This document shows positions 1 to 12,637 of a stretch of DNA of 64,000 nucleotides, piece by piece. Within the stretch, counting starts at the first letter, position 1; the number at the start of each line of letters is the position of its first letter. The translations under genes and the position numbers were made by a program. The stretch comes from Ophelia neglecta. Lineage: Eukaryota. Location: contig OZ260667.1 in NCBI GenBank assembly GCA_965285935.1, positions 49,538,001-49,602,000 of the forward strand, written 5' to 3'. The notes below the pieces were generated by a model. The model searched no databases. It had not been told where the DNA came from and saw only the letters and a list, made by a program, of their open reading frames with translations.

Positions 1-221
1 CGTGAATATTTAAACATCAAAATTTGGAACAAATGGTATTAAAAGTGAAATATTTGAATACTTAAAGATCGAAGTAGGGGACAACCCTTCCTCAAACGAG
101 ACAGTGTAAGGGAACATTGTATAAGTTAGAAAAGCCAGAGACATTCCTGGTATCTTAAGGTCACCCTCGCGCGAAGGTCAAATATGGGCCAGAATGTAGT
201 ACCAAGGGAGCCTCCACGCTA

Positions 222-521
222 CAGTCCGCCTCGCAAGTGGGAGATCGGGGTTCGAATCTCGATCGCGTCAAACCTAAGATGTAAAAATAGGAACTGATAG
301 CTCCCCTGCCAGGCGCCCGGTATTTCGGGGCTAGTATCAGGACAAGTCAACCCGGTGTCAGTATAATGTGACTGGGTGGGGTTCCCTGTCTGGTGTCTGC
401 GGCAGGTATTCCAGTGAGGTAACACTCTGAAGAGGGCATTGAGCCGACTGTCACGAGTAGGCACTGTGGCAATATGACCGATAAGTGTTGAAAGCCACGT
501 AAAACCCCAAACAACAACAAC
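222..521 (+). mobile_element. tRNA-derived SINE (MetaSINE-like), 5'-truncated
   Basis: Pol III B-box GGTTCGAATC at ~249, central core CCCGGTGTCAGTATAATGTGACTGGGTGGGG and a (CAA)n tail. A second copy lies in reverse at 41046-41425. MetaSINE assignment is from recalled core sequence, not a search. Confidence 0.8.
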
Positions 522-1316
522 CTCAACGCTGCAATGCCGTAATCCGTATTAGAGGCCCAAGACACACTTTGCCCTTTGTGTCATTGAATTACTACAGCCA
601 TGCTTCCGCAATATTTCCTTTACTGATTAAAAGTTCATGTTAATAAAAAAAGATTTAAAATTTTTCGTCAAGTTTGATTCAGCTACCATCCATCGCCCTT
701 GGGGATTCAAATTAAAACATAATACTTGCTTCATAGATAAATTTTATCTAAAACGACTTTGAAAGTGTCGCAGTATGCTTATTTTCACCTCGAGAATTCG
801 ACCCCGATGTCGCGGTTTTTATCCTTGTATACGTTATTGAAAGCCGTATTCAATAATTCAAAGTGCCAAGGGCGCTAAATAAATTACTCGTAGAGCCAGG
901 CTATCGTATAATGTATGATAGTTGTAGTCATCTTTCTTGCCTGGGCGTTTCGGGGACTTGTGCTGGGCCGTTGCATTCACTTTTCCACTGTCGCTTTTAA
1001 ACAAACTAAACTTGTATTTAAGCAATAACGTAAACATAAGCAATATAATCGCAAATACTGCGGTGCACTTTCGCTGATTTTTTTTTTCTAATTGGCAAGG
1101 AATTCGAAAACTCGAATTGTTGATATATAGGTAAAAAATGTATTACAAGATTAACAGTGCTTTATTTGCAATTTTCTCAATGCTATCATTTAAACAAAAC
1201 AAACATATACGATTGTATAATGTAGAAAATCATGCAGTAATTCCTTTGATTAATTCATTAATATATATGCTATTAGATATCAACCGGTGATCAGTTATGT
1301 GTGATATATGGCACAG

Positions 1317-3113
1317 GTCTCCAGGGTTTGGTGTATAATGGCGACTGTAAGGAAGAAGGCAGCATCCAGATCCGCTCGGAGGAGGTGAACAGGCTGGGCG
1401 GCGGCATCTTCACCGACACCGGATCTGACGTCAGAAACCATGCCAATCTAAAAAACAAGATGGTAATTAATAAAACATATAAACTTAATCGTATTGTACT
1501 ACAGTGCATTTTCAGTGTAAAATTACCTGCGCAATCAGACAACCTCAATAATCGGACAGTATTTTTTCGGTTCCTTGGGAGGTCTTAATTCACAGATTTC
1601 ACTGTAAATACACTTTGCAAATTGTGAATGACCTTGGCCTATTATTGAGGCAAATGTGTGCACAAAACTGAAATTCTGGTCAAAATCGACATAGCACTAT
1701 TTTTTAAATATAAAATAAAAATTTATTGCCATTCATAAGTCTGAATGCATGTCTTTTACTCCTAATCATAAGCACCAATAGTTGGTTTTATCTTTAGATG
1801 TAAGGTCTAATTATCATATATTATATAGGCAAACTTGGGCAGCTGGCACCACGTGGTGATGTCATATGACGCAGAAGTAGTCAGGCTCTATGTCGACAAG
1901 GTCGAAGTAGGCAGCGCCAGTGCGTCGGGTAAGTTCAAGGTCACATTTTAATTGTAGCCGTAATGGTACACGTGAACGGCACTGTGGTGCCGACTCTTCG
2001 GTGCTGCGCGACTTGCTCAGGATAAACTCGGTTAGCCCTCCCCTAACCCTCGCTGAAAGCACAGCGCCATCTTAATGATTGATACTTCCTATGTTGGTGA
2101 TGCTACGAGCATGCCACCTGTTTTTCTAGGCAAATGTCCCTAGCCAAGGGTCAGTTTTCTAAATAATACCCCTAATCAAGGGTCGATTTTCTGACTAGTC
2201 GCTCTAAATGTTGTCTCAGAAAGTCATTTTCAAAATAAAAATGCCTGAAGAAGCAACATGTCTTTTCTTATGTACATAAATATTGCTATTTTAGGCAAGG
2301 CGGTCATGAAAATGGGTTGTTTTTTAAAGACCTTTCCTACAAAGTATGTTTTTTGTCAGAGTTCCCTAGCCAAATCTTTGGCCTAAGCAAGGGTATGGTC
2401 TCGGAACCTCACGCTGCACTCCCGTATGCAATATTGTTGAATGCTTAAATAGAATTAAAAACAAGTAGCCCAGACGAGGCTTCCTATCGCAACTATGAGT
2501 TCAATATTGTGGAATTTATTTTCACAATTCATTTATATGTGGCACTTGGTTCTCTTTATTCGAGTATCGTTTATAATTCATTTAGTTATTATTTTGTTTC
2601 AGGGCCCACCAAGCGCATTCACTGCCCTCTGGTGTTGGGTCTCCACTTCACAGACGGATTCTTTGAAGGACTGATGGACGAGGTAAATTTTAATTCCAAT
2701 GTTATTAAATATTTTTACTTAACCGTTGGCATGGGTATTTTCTTAAATTACGTATCAAAGAGAATGACAATGGGTAAATTTAATAAACTAGAAGCAGCAT
2801 GAACGAGATCTCTTCCTCTTGCCAATCTCCCTCCTGCAGATATTCAAATACTACTATCTATAACGTGTTATTTACTGGCATGTAACCTCGGACAATGAAG
2901 GTCTTTCTACCATCGTCATGGCGCCTGTATCATGAAAATTTACAATGCCAAAAGTGTATTTTTATGGAGTTATTTCTATTTAGTACACTATTTCTGTGGT
3001 ATTTATTTCTAACATACTCACAACAAAATGCTGTATTTCAGGTGTGTTTCTACAACGAGGCCTTGACCGTAGAAGAAGTGAAAGATCTCTTTGAACTCAA
3101 AGATGTAAACTAG
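1317..3113 (+). CDS. 3' part of a gene ending in a LamG/concanavalin A-like (pentraxin-like) domain; upstream exons not found and probably before the window
   Basis: Exons ~1317(or 1325)-1462, 1829-1928, 2603-2682 and 3042-3113 have GT/AG boundaries and compatible phases (0,1,0). Joined: ...QGLVYNGDCKEEGSIQIRSEEVNRLGGGIFTDTGSDVRNHANLKNKM|ANLGSWHHVVMSYDAEVVRLYVDKVEVGSASAS|GPTKRIHCPLVLGLHFTDGFFEGLMDE|VCFYNEALTVEEVKDLFELKDVN*. The WHHV..YD...LYVD and F.G.MDEV..YN.AL..EEV motifs are LamG_3 hallmarks. AATAAA at ~3206. Confidence 0.85.
1497..1604. mobile_element. Truncated copy of the CAGTGAAACCTG-TIR MITE family
   Basis: Right end GGTCTTAATTCACAGATTTCACTG-TA matches the full copy at 4525-4702. 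Confidence 0.65.
2110..2430. repeat. Degenerate repeat with recurring CCCTAGCCAAGGGT-like motifs, probably a non-autonomous element remnant
   Basis: Motif variants at ~2138, 2170, 2363 and 2382 in an intron of the LamG gene. Confidence 0.4.
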
Positions 3114-4524
3114 ATGGCTAATGGTGAGTTACGCATGCGCGAGATAGGCCTTCTCATTATCCATATGGCACTTTCTGGAATACACTTTATGTAAAAATCG
3201 TTTCAAATAAAGCTTGGACTATTTTTTAGCATCGTCTGTAACATTGTTTATGTAATCCGTTTAACGGACTCAGTGTGTTCCCATACACCCTAGGACGAGT
3301 ACAATGTTTATTTGGATAATATTTTAATTAAAACTAACTAACGCCCTTATCCTATTAAGTTCGTGTGTGCTGAACAATGTAAAATACAACAAAATTTTTT
3401 AGGAGCCAAACAACAGACCTACATAAAGGGCAATTTGCCAAGAAACCGCATTTCATAATGATTATAATTATTTTCCTGTGGATGGGCCTTATGTCACCGA
3501 TTTTTTTCTGTAGACAAAAATGAGGACAACTTGCTAGCAGACGATAAACATATACGGATAGGCGGAATATGGAAGCCACTCATTCACCTGTATACACTAC
3601 ATACAGGAAGACGAAGACTTGGCTACTCCCAGCGAATTTTGCTTCCACTTTGCTTACACTGTTTTTTTACTTTACGCTTTTAATAAAACAACGATCTTTT
3701 CAGCACGTTTTGTTATCTATCTTTGTTTTATTGCAGTTCCTCTTTTGATTATGAGCTTCATTGTGTACCGAATTATCAATTGTGTGAAATAACAGTTGTA
3801 AACATTATTTTAACATTTTGTAAACCACAAGTTGTTAGCTTGACCGCAAATTTTGTCGCAGATTTTGATGTTTTGCTGTTTCTGTGAAAGAATATTGGGT
3901 AATCAGAAATTTGAAATTATGATATTGCGGCATTGTTTTGAGACTATAATGTAAACTTCAAGTGTATACATTAAACATTCAAGTTGTATGATTAACCGTT
4001 TAGACAAGAAAACACACACTGTACGTTATAATTATAGAAAGCTTGATGTGATCTATCTAATTACATAATAATTATATAATATAATTATACTTGTATATGA
4101 TAATTATACTTGTTTGATAAGGTTTGGTTGGCAAATGATTTCTTTAATAGGTAATCTCTTCTTGAAATTTTGAATGATTTCATAGCGACATGTTGTTTTT
4201 CATAGATTATTGAATTGCCAACAAATATTCAATTTTTCGTTTGTGATGTAAATTGATTGTGTTGAAACCGTGTTAACACTGTACGTGTGTATGTTCTTAT
4301 CATAATAAAATATCATGTTTTACTATTTCTGTGGAATTTTCTTCTTCTATAAGTGTCTGCCTATATATTTTGTAAAATGCGCTAATTTTTCTGAAATAAA
4401 AGCTTCCGCAACTCATTCACTTTTCTTTGGCAGATTTCATTCCCTTTAGTTCGAAATCTACTGGACTCTATGTCTGTTTGATACGAATTGTTCTTCTATC
4501 TCTGAAGCACCAGCCTACAGAGTA

Positions 4525-4702
4525 CAGTGAAACCTGCCTTAAAGACTACCTCTTTATTGAGACCACCTGTCAATTCAGAGAACTAATATTTAGGCCATGC
4601 AGTACACTTTCAATGTAAAATGACCTGTGTAAACTGACCAACTCTATAATCCGACCAGTTTTTTCAAGTCCCTCGGGTGGTCTTAATTCACAGGTTTCAC
4701 TG
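4525..4702. mobile_element. MITE, Tc1/mariner-pogo type (TA target site)
   Basis: TA|CAGTGAAACCTG ... CAGGTTTCACTG|TA, perfect 12-bp terminal inverted repeats, ~178 bp, several related copies in the window. Confidence 0.85.
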
Positions 4703-5623
4703 TATATATGCCTGTTATAGGGAATTGTCGGGTGCCCCCCCCCCTGTTTTTCAATTCGGTGCAGTAAATGGCGAAGTTATTCCGCGCACGCGGGGTTTCT
4801 GGAATAATTATAAGTGCACCTGAATAAAGATCCGCAAAACACTGAGGCCTTGACGCTGTGGCACTTATTGGTGCTTTGAGTTAATCGTTGAGTGATAATA
4901 CCCAACTTAATCCTATCATCACAGGTAGGATTACCCCCCCCCCCGTTATTTAGGTCAAATGGTACGTCGTTTATAGAAGCAAGTAATAGAAAATGGAATT
5001 TAAGGCCAAAATGGTCGTACCGAATGCATATTTTAACTCCGCATCAAACTGATTTACAAATCAGTCTACTCTATAGAATAAGAACGTTGCACTATTTATA
5101 CTTTCCAGTCTCGGGTCATATAATAAACTTATTTAACCATAGCTCCCAGTACGTTATTACCCGGATGCATTGATCACAGTGCCTTAAAGTGCTGTAAAGA
5201 GTTCATTCCAACCAAAATATTATTATAAATAAACAGTACAGCAAACCTTTATTAATAATTACAACGAAACTATCAATTGTTTCTGACAAAACTGTAATAA
5301 ACCGCATTATAGTATCATTTGACATTAAATCCTTATAAAATGTTTCGCTGGTTTACCTGTTAAACAAGTAACATTAAACATGATTTGTGAGATAACTTAC
5401 TATTACTCCGCATAGCAATGGGTGAGGAGGCTCTATGCTGGATTCAAATATGGATTCCAAAAAGTTCTGAATATTGATAAAAGATCCGACCCCATTAAGA
5501 ATAGTGTCAAAAAGATCTGATTTCTTTAAATATGGTCAAAAAAAACTAATTGAATTAAAATATTGGACCTAAAGATTGCGGTAAAATGAGGATTGAATGA
5601 AGGATACTGAAAACAGAGGGGTA

Positions 5624-6196
5624 TAAAGGATCGGTAAGGTAGGAAAAAGGGAGTCTTTGCTATCGAGCCTAAACCTCGGAAAAGGGGTCTCCCCACCGAG
5701 CATTCCTGGGCAGATTTATATAGGTATCACCCACTCCCCCTCCCCTTCGAGGTGGGCAGGCGAGTTCCAGTGATCCGGCTCCCTTTGTTTATTGTCATTT
5801 ATATAGGTTTCTTCAACATCCCGGGGGATATGAGTGTTCCCTATCTTACTCTGCCCAGTGTCAAGGAAATCGGACCGCCATTATTCGGATTCGTACACCC
5901 GCTGGCTGTCATACGTCCATGTTATTTTTAAAGGATCGGTAAGGTAGGAAAAAGGGAGTATTGGGTTCTCCCCATGGAAGCAATCCTGGGCAGAATTATA
6001 TAGAGATCACCAACTCCCCTTCGGGGTTGGTTAGGGGGGTTCCAGCGTTCCGGATTCCATTGTTTTTGTCATTTTTATATAAATTGCTCCCGGATATGAT
6101 TGTTCCCTATCTTACTCTGCCCATTGTCAAGGAAATCGGACAGCCATTATTCGGATTCGTACACCCGCTGGCTGTCATACGTCCTTGTTATTTTTA
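5624..6196. repeat. Tandem duplication (~305 bp and ~268 bp units) just downstream of the SLC16 stop codon
   Basis: Both units start TAAAGGATCGGTAAGGTAGGAAAAAGGGAGT (5624, 5929) and end GGATTCGTACACCCGCTGGCTGTCATACGTCC.TGTTATTTT. Confidence 0.9.
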
Positions 6197-6202
6197 TCAC
6201 AT

Positions 6203-9200
6203 TCATCGAGTTGTGCACAGTTTTTTGATAATATTTAAATCGCCTTTCTTCCTTAGCAGGACCGCAGTAAGTAGAGCCGCACAGCCGCCCATGAATTGTA
6301 GAAGTCCGCTTACTAACAGACCCGCGCTGTAATTTCCGGTGACGTCAAACAGCCAGCCTAGAAATAGTTCCAAATTTGAATATAGTATTGGCCGCATGTA
6401 TTATACTGGGCCTACTTCTTGGTTCATATTTCAAAAGAAAGTTGTTACAAAACTAAGGAAGTTTGCAACCTTATGGGCTATAGACCCATCGCTGATATAT
6501 CTCGACAAGATATATCAGTGATAGGCCCACGGGCCTCAAGAGGGATTCGAAATTTGTAAATCGTAAGGCTTACTATAGTTTACCTGACAGTAAGTTGGCA
6601 CAGACCCTGCCTGTTCCCTGTACTAGTAGTACCCATGACATTCCAAGAGGTAGCCTCTCCACACCAATCAAGGATACTACTACAGTGGGCTGTATACCCT
6701 GGCAAATACCTGAAAAATGAAATTAGTAGAGTTAATTTTCTGGCACTTTAAAAGAGCCTGTTGTTAACAAAATAGGTTTAATTCCGCAGGCCTACATACC
6801 AAAAAATATTCCATACGCGACACAGAAAGCGCCGTGCGCCCAAAAAACATGAGGGACGACTATTGAGACTGCCACTACTACTCCGGACATTGTGCAGGCG
6901 ATCCCATTTAGAGGACATGGCTCGATCAACTTTGCTATCACACCGGAAATGCCTCGCCCCGTGATCCCTGCGAATCCGATCAGGGAAGGCAAAAACGAGG
7001 CTTCGGTGGGGCTGACACCCACTACAATAGCTCGGGGAGTAGAACGGAGGTAGAAAGCGTCCATTGAGTACATCAAAGTCACTGAGGTTATTAGAAACAG
7101 CACAAAAGATGGCGACATAATACTGCGGTCGAAACAGTCTAGCAACTCTGCACAGCGCGGCTTTTGTTCTCTCCTTCCCTTAAATGTTTGAGAACTTAGC
7201 ACCGACGAAGTTGTTTTCATTTTAAACCCAAAACCATTTTCCTGGTGCTTCCACTTGGGAAGAGCTAACTTATCTGTCTTGGTGTCAGTAGTAGTACATG
7301 TAGTTGGTGAGATATGCACGCGTGGTAGGACCTTGGGAGTCCGGAACTTTGGCGGTGGTCTCATTAGTGCGACTGGCACAAACATTTGAACATTCGCCGC
7401 GCTAAGGGCCAGCATTGCTCCTCGCCAGCCATACGCGTCAATCAGCAAACGCGTTAAGGGGGAAAACGCGATTGCGAAGGTGCTGACCCCGGCGGACGCG
7501 ATCCCCGCGGCGATGGCGCGGCGTTTGACGAAGTATTGTTGTACTATGACGACAGTTGGAATGAAAGCCACCCCGGCCCCGGCTCCTGGAAATATATTGG
7601 AATTAAGTAACTTTATAATATGGAAACAATCATGAACACTCCAATGATATTCAAATCAAGTATTAAAGAACCAGTCTTATATCCTCAGTGGGGTAGTAAG
7701 AGAGATAGCCCTTTTCTTTGACCAGGGGGGGGTGGAGGGGAGAGGGGGAAAGGGGGGGGGGTAGGAGGGGTGAGGGGAGAAGGAGGGGTCACCTGTTGTT
7801 GCTAGTATTTCAAAGTTACGTTTCCTCTGGAAAAACTCCATCTCCCTCCCCCCTCAGCAAAAATTTCTGGTCCATCAAAGCAATGGTGATAATGATCTAT
7901 TCTCACTTCGTTACTGTCTAAATTTCAACGCCTTGAATTAATTTGTTTAATTGCATTGTTTGTTAATTGTTCGTTTAATGGCATTCAAAATAATTAATAC
8001 TTCAAATGTCATTTTTGACACAAAGCATGGTCTGTAGAAAAAAAAAACATGTATAGTGTAAATCCCTTGTCGCGAAATTGGATAAAATGTTTTGTAGGCC
8101 CATGTCCTGTTGGCCTTTAACCTCTAGACATGGCTGTGTGCCTTTTATCTATATAGGGTGATGTCCTGTAGGCCCATGTCACGTGGCCTATGTCCCCTAG
8201 GCCTGTGGGCCTTTGTTATGTAGGCCTTTGGCATGTAGACCTATGTCCTGTAGGCTATGTCCTTTAGGCCTATTACTGTGTCCTGTATGTTTATGTCTTG
8301 TAGGCCTATGTCCCCCAGGCCTGTGTCCGCAAGGCCTTAGGGCCTATGTCCTTGAGGCATATCCTGTCGGCCTATGCCATTTCCCTGAGTCGCCGTGCTT
8401 TCTTTTCCAAACCACTCCGTGTCATTATTCAACAACGAAATTCTCTGTCGAAAATATATAGTGAAATGTGAGGGGTGTTACTGCTCGGGAAAAGATGGTG
8501 TTCACAGTTTAAAGATTACCGGCAAGAATCCCGAAGGTCACCAAAAGACCCCACACGTCAGTGCAGAACGCTGCCGCCAGGTGTCCCACTGCAGCCAAGG
8601 TGACTCCCACGAGACAAATCTGACGACACCCATATCGTTTAGTGAGTGGTCCCCCTAGTAGTCCTACAGGGAAAATAAGCCATATATTAAAACATTGAAT
8701 TCACATCTGACCGTCCAACTTCGCGCGTGCCTAACTTCGCGCGCCTTAATTGAATCTCCTGCAATTTATTCAATACAGCCACGAATTGCCCCAGAAAAAC
8801 ATGTTTGTAGCTCTGATGATTATCTTTTGGACGGTACCATAAATGGCTCAGTGTATGTTTGTGGGAACGCTAGGGCCATTTTTTTAACTTGAAAATGAAC
8901 ATTATTTTGATTTCATTTTAACAAAGATCACATAAGTGGAAACGAATATTAGAAGAAGGCCCGTGAGACAGAAGGTAACAGATACATGCATGGAGGGTAT
9001 TATAAAGATCTTCTCTATATGCAGACACCCTCTCAATACAGACCACTGATACAAGAAAAATATGGTGCAGTGTATATGTAAAAATAACCTGTCTAAACAG
9101 ACCACCTCCATAATCAGACCAGTATTTTCTGACCCCTTGGTAGTTTAATTATCAGGTTTCGCTAATAATCTCGGCTATTGGTTGTGGAGTCAATGCGGAG

Positions 9201-9678
9201 GCGGAGGTCATGTGGTTTTCAGATTGGCACGACACAAACATCATCAGCGAACCAAGGGTTTAGGCTGACGGATAATTCAAGGGTTGGGGAAAGGGTTAAG
9301 GCAGGATTAATAGCTCTAGTATTCTCTCTAAATTTAGGAATTTACCTCCGCAAGGCTTCGCCCCTCCGCTTTTAATCAAATGTCTATAATCTCACCTGCT
9401 ATTGTTGATAGACCCAGCTTGCAGGCACCAAGCGCTCCGATCATAGTCTGTGATATTTTGAAAGTTTCCTCTAATTCGGTGATGAAAACTCCATACGACA
9501 CCGAGTTGATAGCCATGAGGGAAAATGCAAGGAACGCGCAGCCCACAATCACCCAACCGAAACCGCCTTCCGTGGTACGGTCCTGGTGACCAGCATCCGG
9601 TGTCTCTTCATCCTTAGATAACTCGTCTACGCCGAGGGACGCCAAATTGGTGTGGCTTGGGAAAGATTCGGTTGCCAT
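6203..9678 (-). CDS. SLC16 / monocarboxylate transporter (MCT) family MFS transporter, five exons
   Basis: Exons 9678-9396, 8663-8520, 7585-6800, 6709-6584 and 6357-6203, all GT-AG with phase-1 introns. Motifs: EGGFGWVIV (TM1 signature), LTKRYGCRQI (loop 2-3), QQYFVKRRAIAAGIASAG (SLC16 signature), LIDAYGWRGAML and GWLFDVTGNY. Large central cytoplasmic loop. Confidence 0.93.
8090..8380. repeat. Degenerate ~15-bp tandem repeat (GGCCTATGTCCTGTA-like) in SLC16 intron 2
   Basis: Many variants of AGGCCTATGTCC. This explains the Cys/Leu/Pro-rich spurious ORF 8213-8461. Confidence 0.7.
9020..9162. mobile_element. Partial CAGTGAAACCTG-family MITE
   Basis: AATAACCTGTCTAAACAGACCACCTCC...ATCAGACCAGTATTTTCT closely matches the interior of the copy at 27916-28093. 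Confidence 0.65.
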
Positions 9679-10416
9679 TTTGATTTAATAATTTGGCTTC
9701 TAGAATCTCCTAAACACTCGTCTCGTCTCAAGCTGCATTGGTAATTTATTTCCTCTGAACTGACAGAATTTTCAGATCGATTGGAAATCAAGATGGCTGC
9801 AGCGGTGTATTGGTCAACATTGTTCTCGGCCGCGATAACTCTTGAACCATATAGCCACGCAGATTTATTGCGTAAAGGATTAGGCCACAGGCCATCGACC
9901 CCACATCGAGTCAAAAGGTGCACGTGATCACTATTCATGACAATAAGTATACCCACAGCCACCAGCGAACAGTGTAAGGAACTTAGGTAACTCTGGACAG
10001 AAATATACAAATAACTGACATAAATAAATACAGAAGAAGTACACAGGTCAACAACCTTACAGCAAAACAAGCTTGCGAGGCTGACCAACCAACTAGAATA
10101 CAAGCACCTCAAGTCTTTATTTAGACCACGCAGGCCTATCACGTGTTTACCTCGTGGAATTCTGGGGGGTTACGGGTGAACTGGCGGATCCACCAGTTCT
10201 CATGCAAATTCCACGTAGATTACACGTGATTCCAGGAACGAGGAAAAGATGTGAAATTCGCGCGTGGAAAAAGATGTGGACTAATGGTGGAGGTTAATTC
10301 ATAATATCGGTTAATTACACGTAGCTTCCACGTTATTTAAGGAACGTTGAAAAGATGTGAAATTCATAGCTGCAAACGATGTGGAATATTGGCAAAGTAT
10401 TGGCGAAGTACATGTA

Positions 10417-10593
10417 CAGTGAAACCTGACAAATAGGGACAGCCAAGGGACTGGGAAATCTATGATCTTTTCTCAGTTGTCCTTATTTCACAGGTTACTT
10501 TACATGTAAAGTATTACAACTGTCCTAAAAACAATGTCCTTAATAGTCAGGGTGTCCCTATTTGTCAGGTGTCCTTAAGGCCAGGTTTTACTG
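10417..10593. mobile_element. MITE, TA target site, CAGTGAAACCTG TIR (divergent subfamily)
   Basis: TA|CAGTGAAACCTG ... CAGGTTTTACTG|TA, ~177 bp. Confidence 0.8.
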
Positions 10594-12344
10594 TATATAT
10601 ATGAAATTATTGAATATAAATTCATAATTACTGTTAGTTTTAGCCATTCGTACTTAAAGGACTTAATCCTACGTTGAAAATTAATTGATAAGTTGACCGA
10701 CTTCATTTTAAAATTAATACACTCTTAGCAGCCTAACATTGAATTTTGTTTGAATTTTGACGATAAAATTAGGGCTAAAATTTTATTTTGTTTTAACGTC
10801 TCCCAGATTTGAAAAAAAATAATTGTTATTACAAACAAAATAAATCAAAATAATGTCAATTTAGAAAAGAACGCAGCTCAGTGTTACAATTCTATGTACC
10901 GTCATTTACCTGCGTGGCTCTTTCATACTAAACATGAATGTTACTAAAGTCTACTACAAAGCTTAGGTTCTAGGAGTAATTATGGTCCAATACAGCATGT
11001 GATTTCCACGTGTATTCTTCGTGTTGTGCCTGTTGGGGAGTAATCATACTGCTAAACTAATATTGGCTGACTGGTCGAGAATCAATAAATATAAACGCAT
11101 GAAATACCCAGGCCGCTAGCTTCCGCAATACACGTTAATTAGTCGTGGGCATCAGTTTAATGGAATTAAGCATAGTTGGACGGACCCGATAATACCGTGG
11201 TAAGATGAAGGTAGTAGCATACCAAATTTGGGTTCTCAAAGAGAAAATGAAATTCGTCTTCAAGACATCGCATAGCGAAAACTTTCCTTCAGTGCGCGGT
11301 ACCGGGCCAGTTTATGCCATCTGCCAGTCCACTGCTGATCTATGGTAAAACGTTCGAAACCTGGTTAAGGCAATTGCATGTATATACTACACCCCAACCA
11401 TTTCCTAATGTCCAGAATAGACCGATGAGTTGTGAAAGAGACAAACAAGCTGACACTCGAGCAGTGCCAGCTGTGAATGTAAACGTCGGAGAGCCTTTGT
11501 CGAAACAAGGCTAGAAAAGCCCGGGCTTTGCCTACCCCTGCGCGAACCAGACATCCCGAAACCTCGGATAAAATAGTAAATTGGCCAAAACATGGCCCAC
11601 CCAGTTCTCCCTGCCTCAAGTTGCGTTTTTAATAAGAATAGTAGATACCATACTTATACAACGAATTCACAACCGGGCCACTGAGCACGGTGACGGCAGG
11701 TGCCGTACCCTTGGTAGAGATTATAATTATAAACGAAATAGTTCCCTAATTATTTCGCTCCTGCTATATTACTCATGCGTTGGAATACGGGGAATCACAT
11801 CTTATCATAATTTTAAAAAAGCGTTGAAGGCGTTTTATGAGAGTGGCTCAGGCCTATAGTGTATTACATTCACGCTATTGCGTATAAGATTGATTGTTAT
11901 ATACAGTAAGATACTGGCCACTTAAAGGCAGGAGATTCATTTTCATAGTAATCCTGTATGCATATATTGTAACATTTTATTATTATGTTTTTTTTCAGTG
12001 TTACATCTGATTGATTTTCTCCCAATGATTTGCTCTTTATTAGCATATTATTGCATGTAATCAGTGGCGGACTCAGGGCTAAAAAGTGGGCCGGAACCAG
12101 GGCCTATTTCTGGACCCACGTGTGGTTTTAGAGGGTTGATAACGGGGTCAATCCAGGCATTTGCCTTGTTAGCCTTGGAAAATTTGCCCCCCCCCCCTTC
12201 CTGAAAAATAAAAATATAATTATCATGATCAGAGCCTTCAAACTCCCCCCCCGGGGGTGGGGGTGGGTATTACATGGTATCATCATAAAACAAGGCCATC
12301 AAAAACCTACCATTATCACTGATCTTGCCCAACGCATATATATA

Positions 12345-12637
12345 CCCCTAAACACTGACCACTGATGAAAAGGTACCCATAAACACTGACCATCGAAGAA
12401 AAGGTACCCCTTAACACTGACCATTAACGAGAAGGTATCCCTAAACACTGACCATTGACGAAAAGGTACCCCTAAACACTCACCATTGACGAAAAGGTAC
12501 CCCTAAACACTCACCATTAACGAGAAGGTACCCCTTAACACTGACCATTGACGAGAAGGTACCTCTAAACACTGACCATTGACGAGAAGGTACCCCTAAA
12601 CACTGACCATTGACGAAAAGGTACCCCTAAACACTGA
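12345..12637. repeat. 30-bp minisatellite (AAACACTGACCATTGACGAAAAGGTACCCCT-like), ~9-10 units, resuming at 16816-16870
   Basis: Head-to-tail units with no spacers. The same unit reappears right after the hAT element's right TIR. Confidence 0.9.

Noticed and set aside
241-270. tRNA gene suggested by GGTTCGAATC (also at 41370-41417)
   Set aside because: These are tRNA-derived SINE heads and no complete cloverleaf is present.
219-565. ORFs 219-464, 347-565, 40991-41440 and 41047-41271 that resemble each other
   Set aside because: They are translations of the two SINE copies, not a gene family.
12345-12637. 30-bp repeats as a CRISPR array
   Set aside because: Units are head-to-tail with no unique spacers, no cas genes are present, and the context is eukaryotic.
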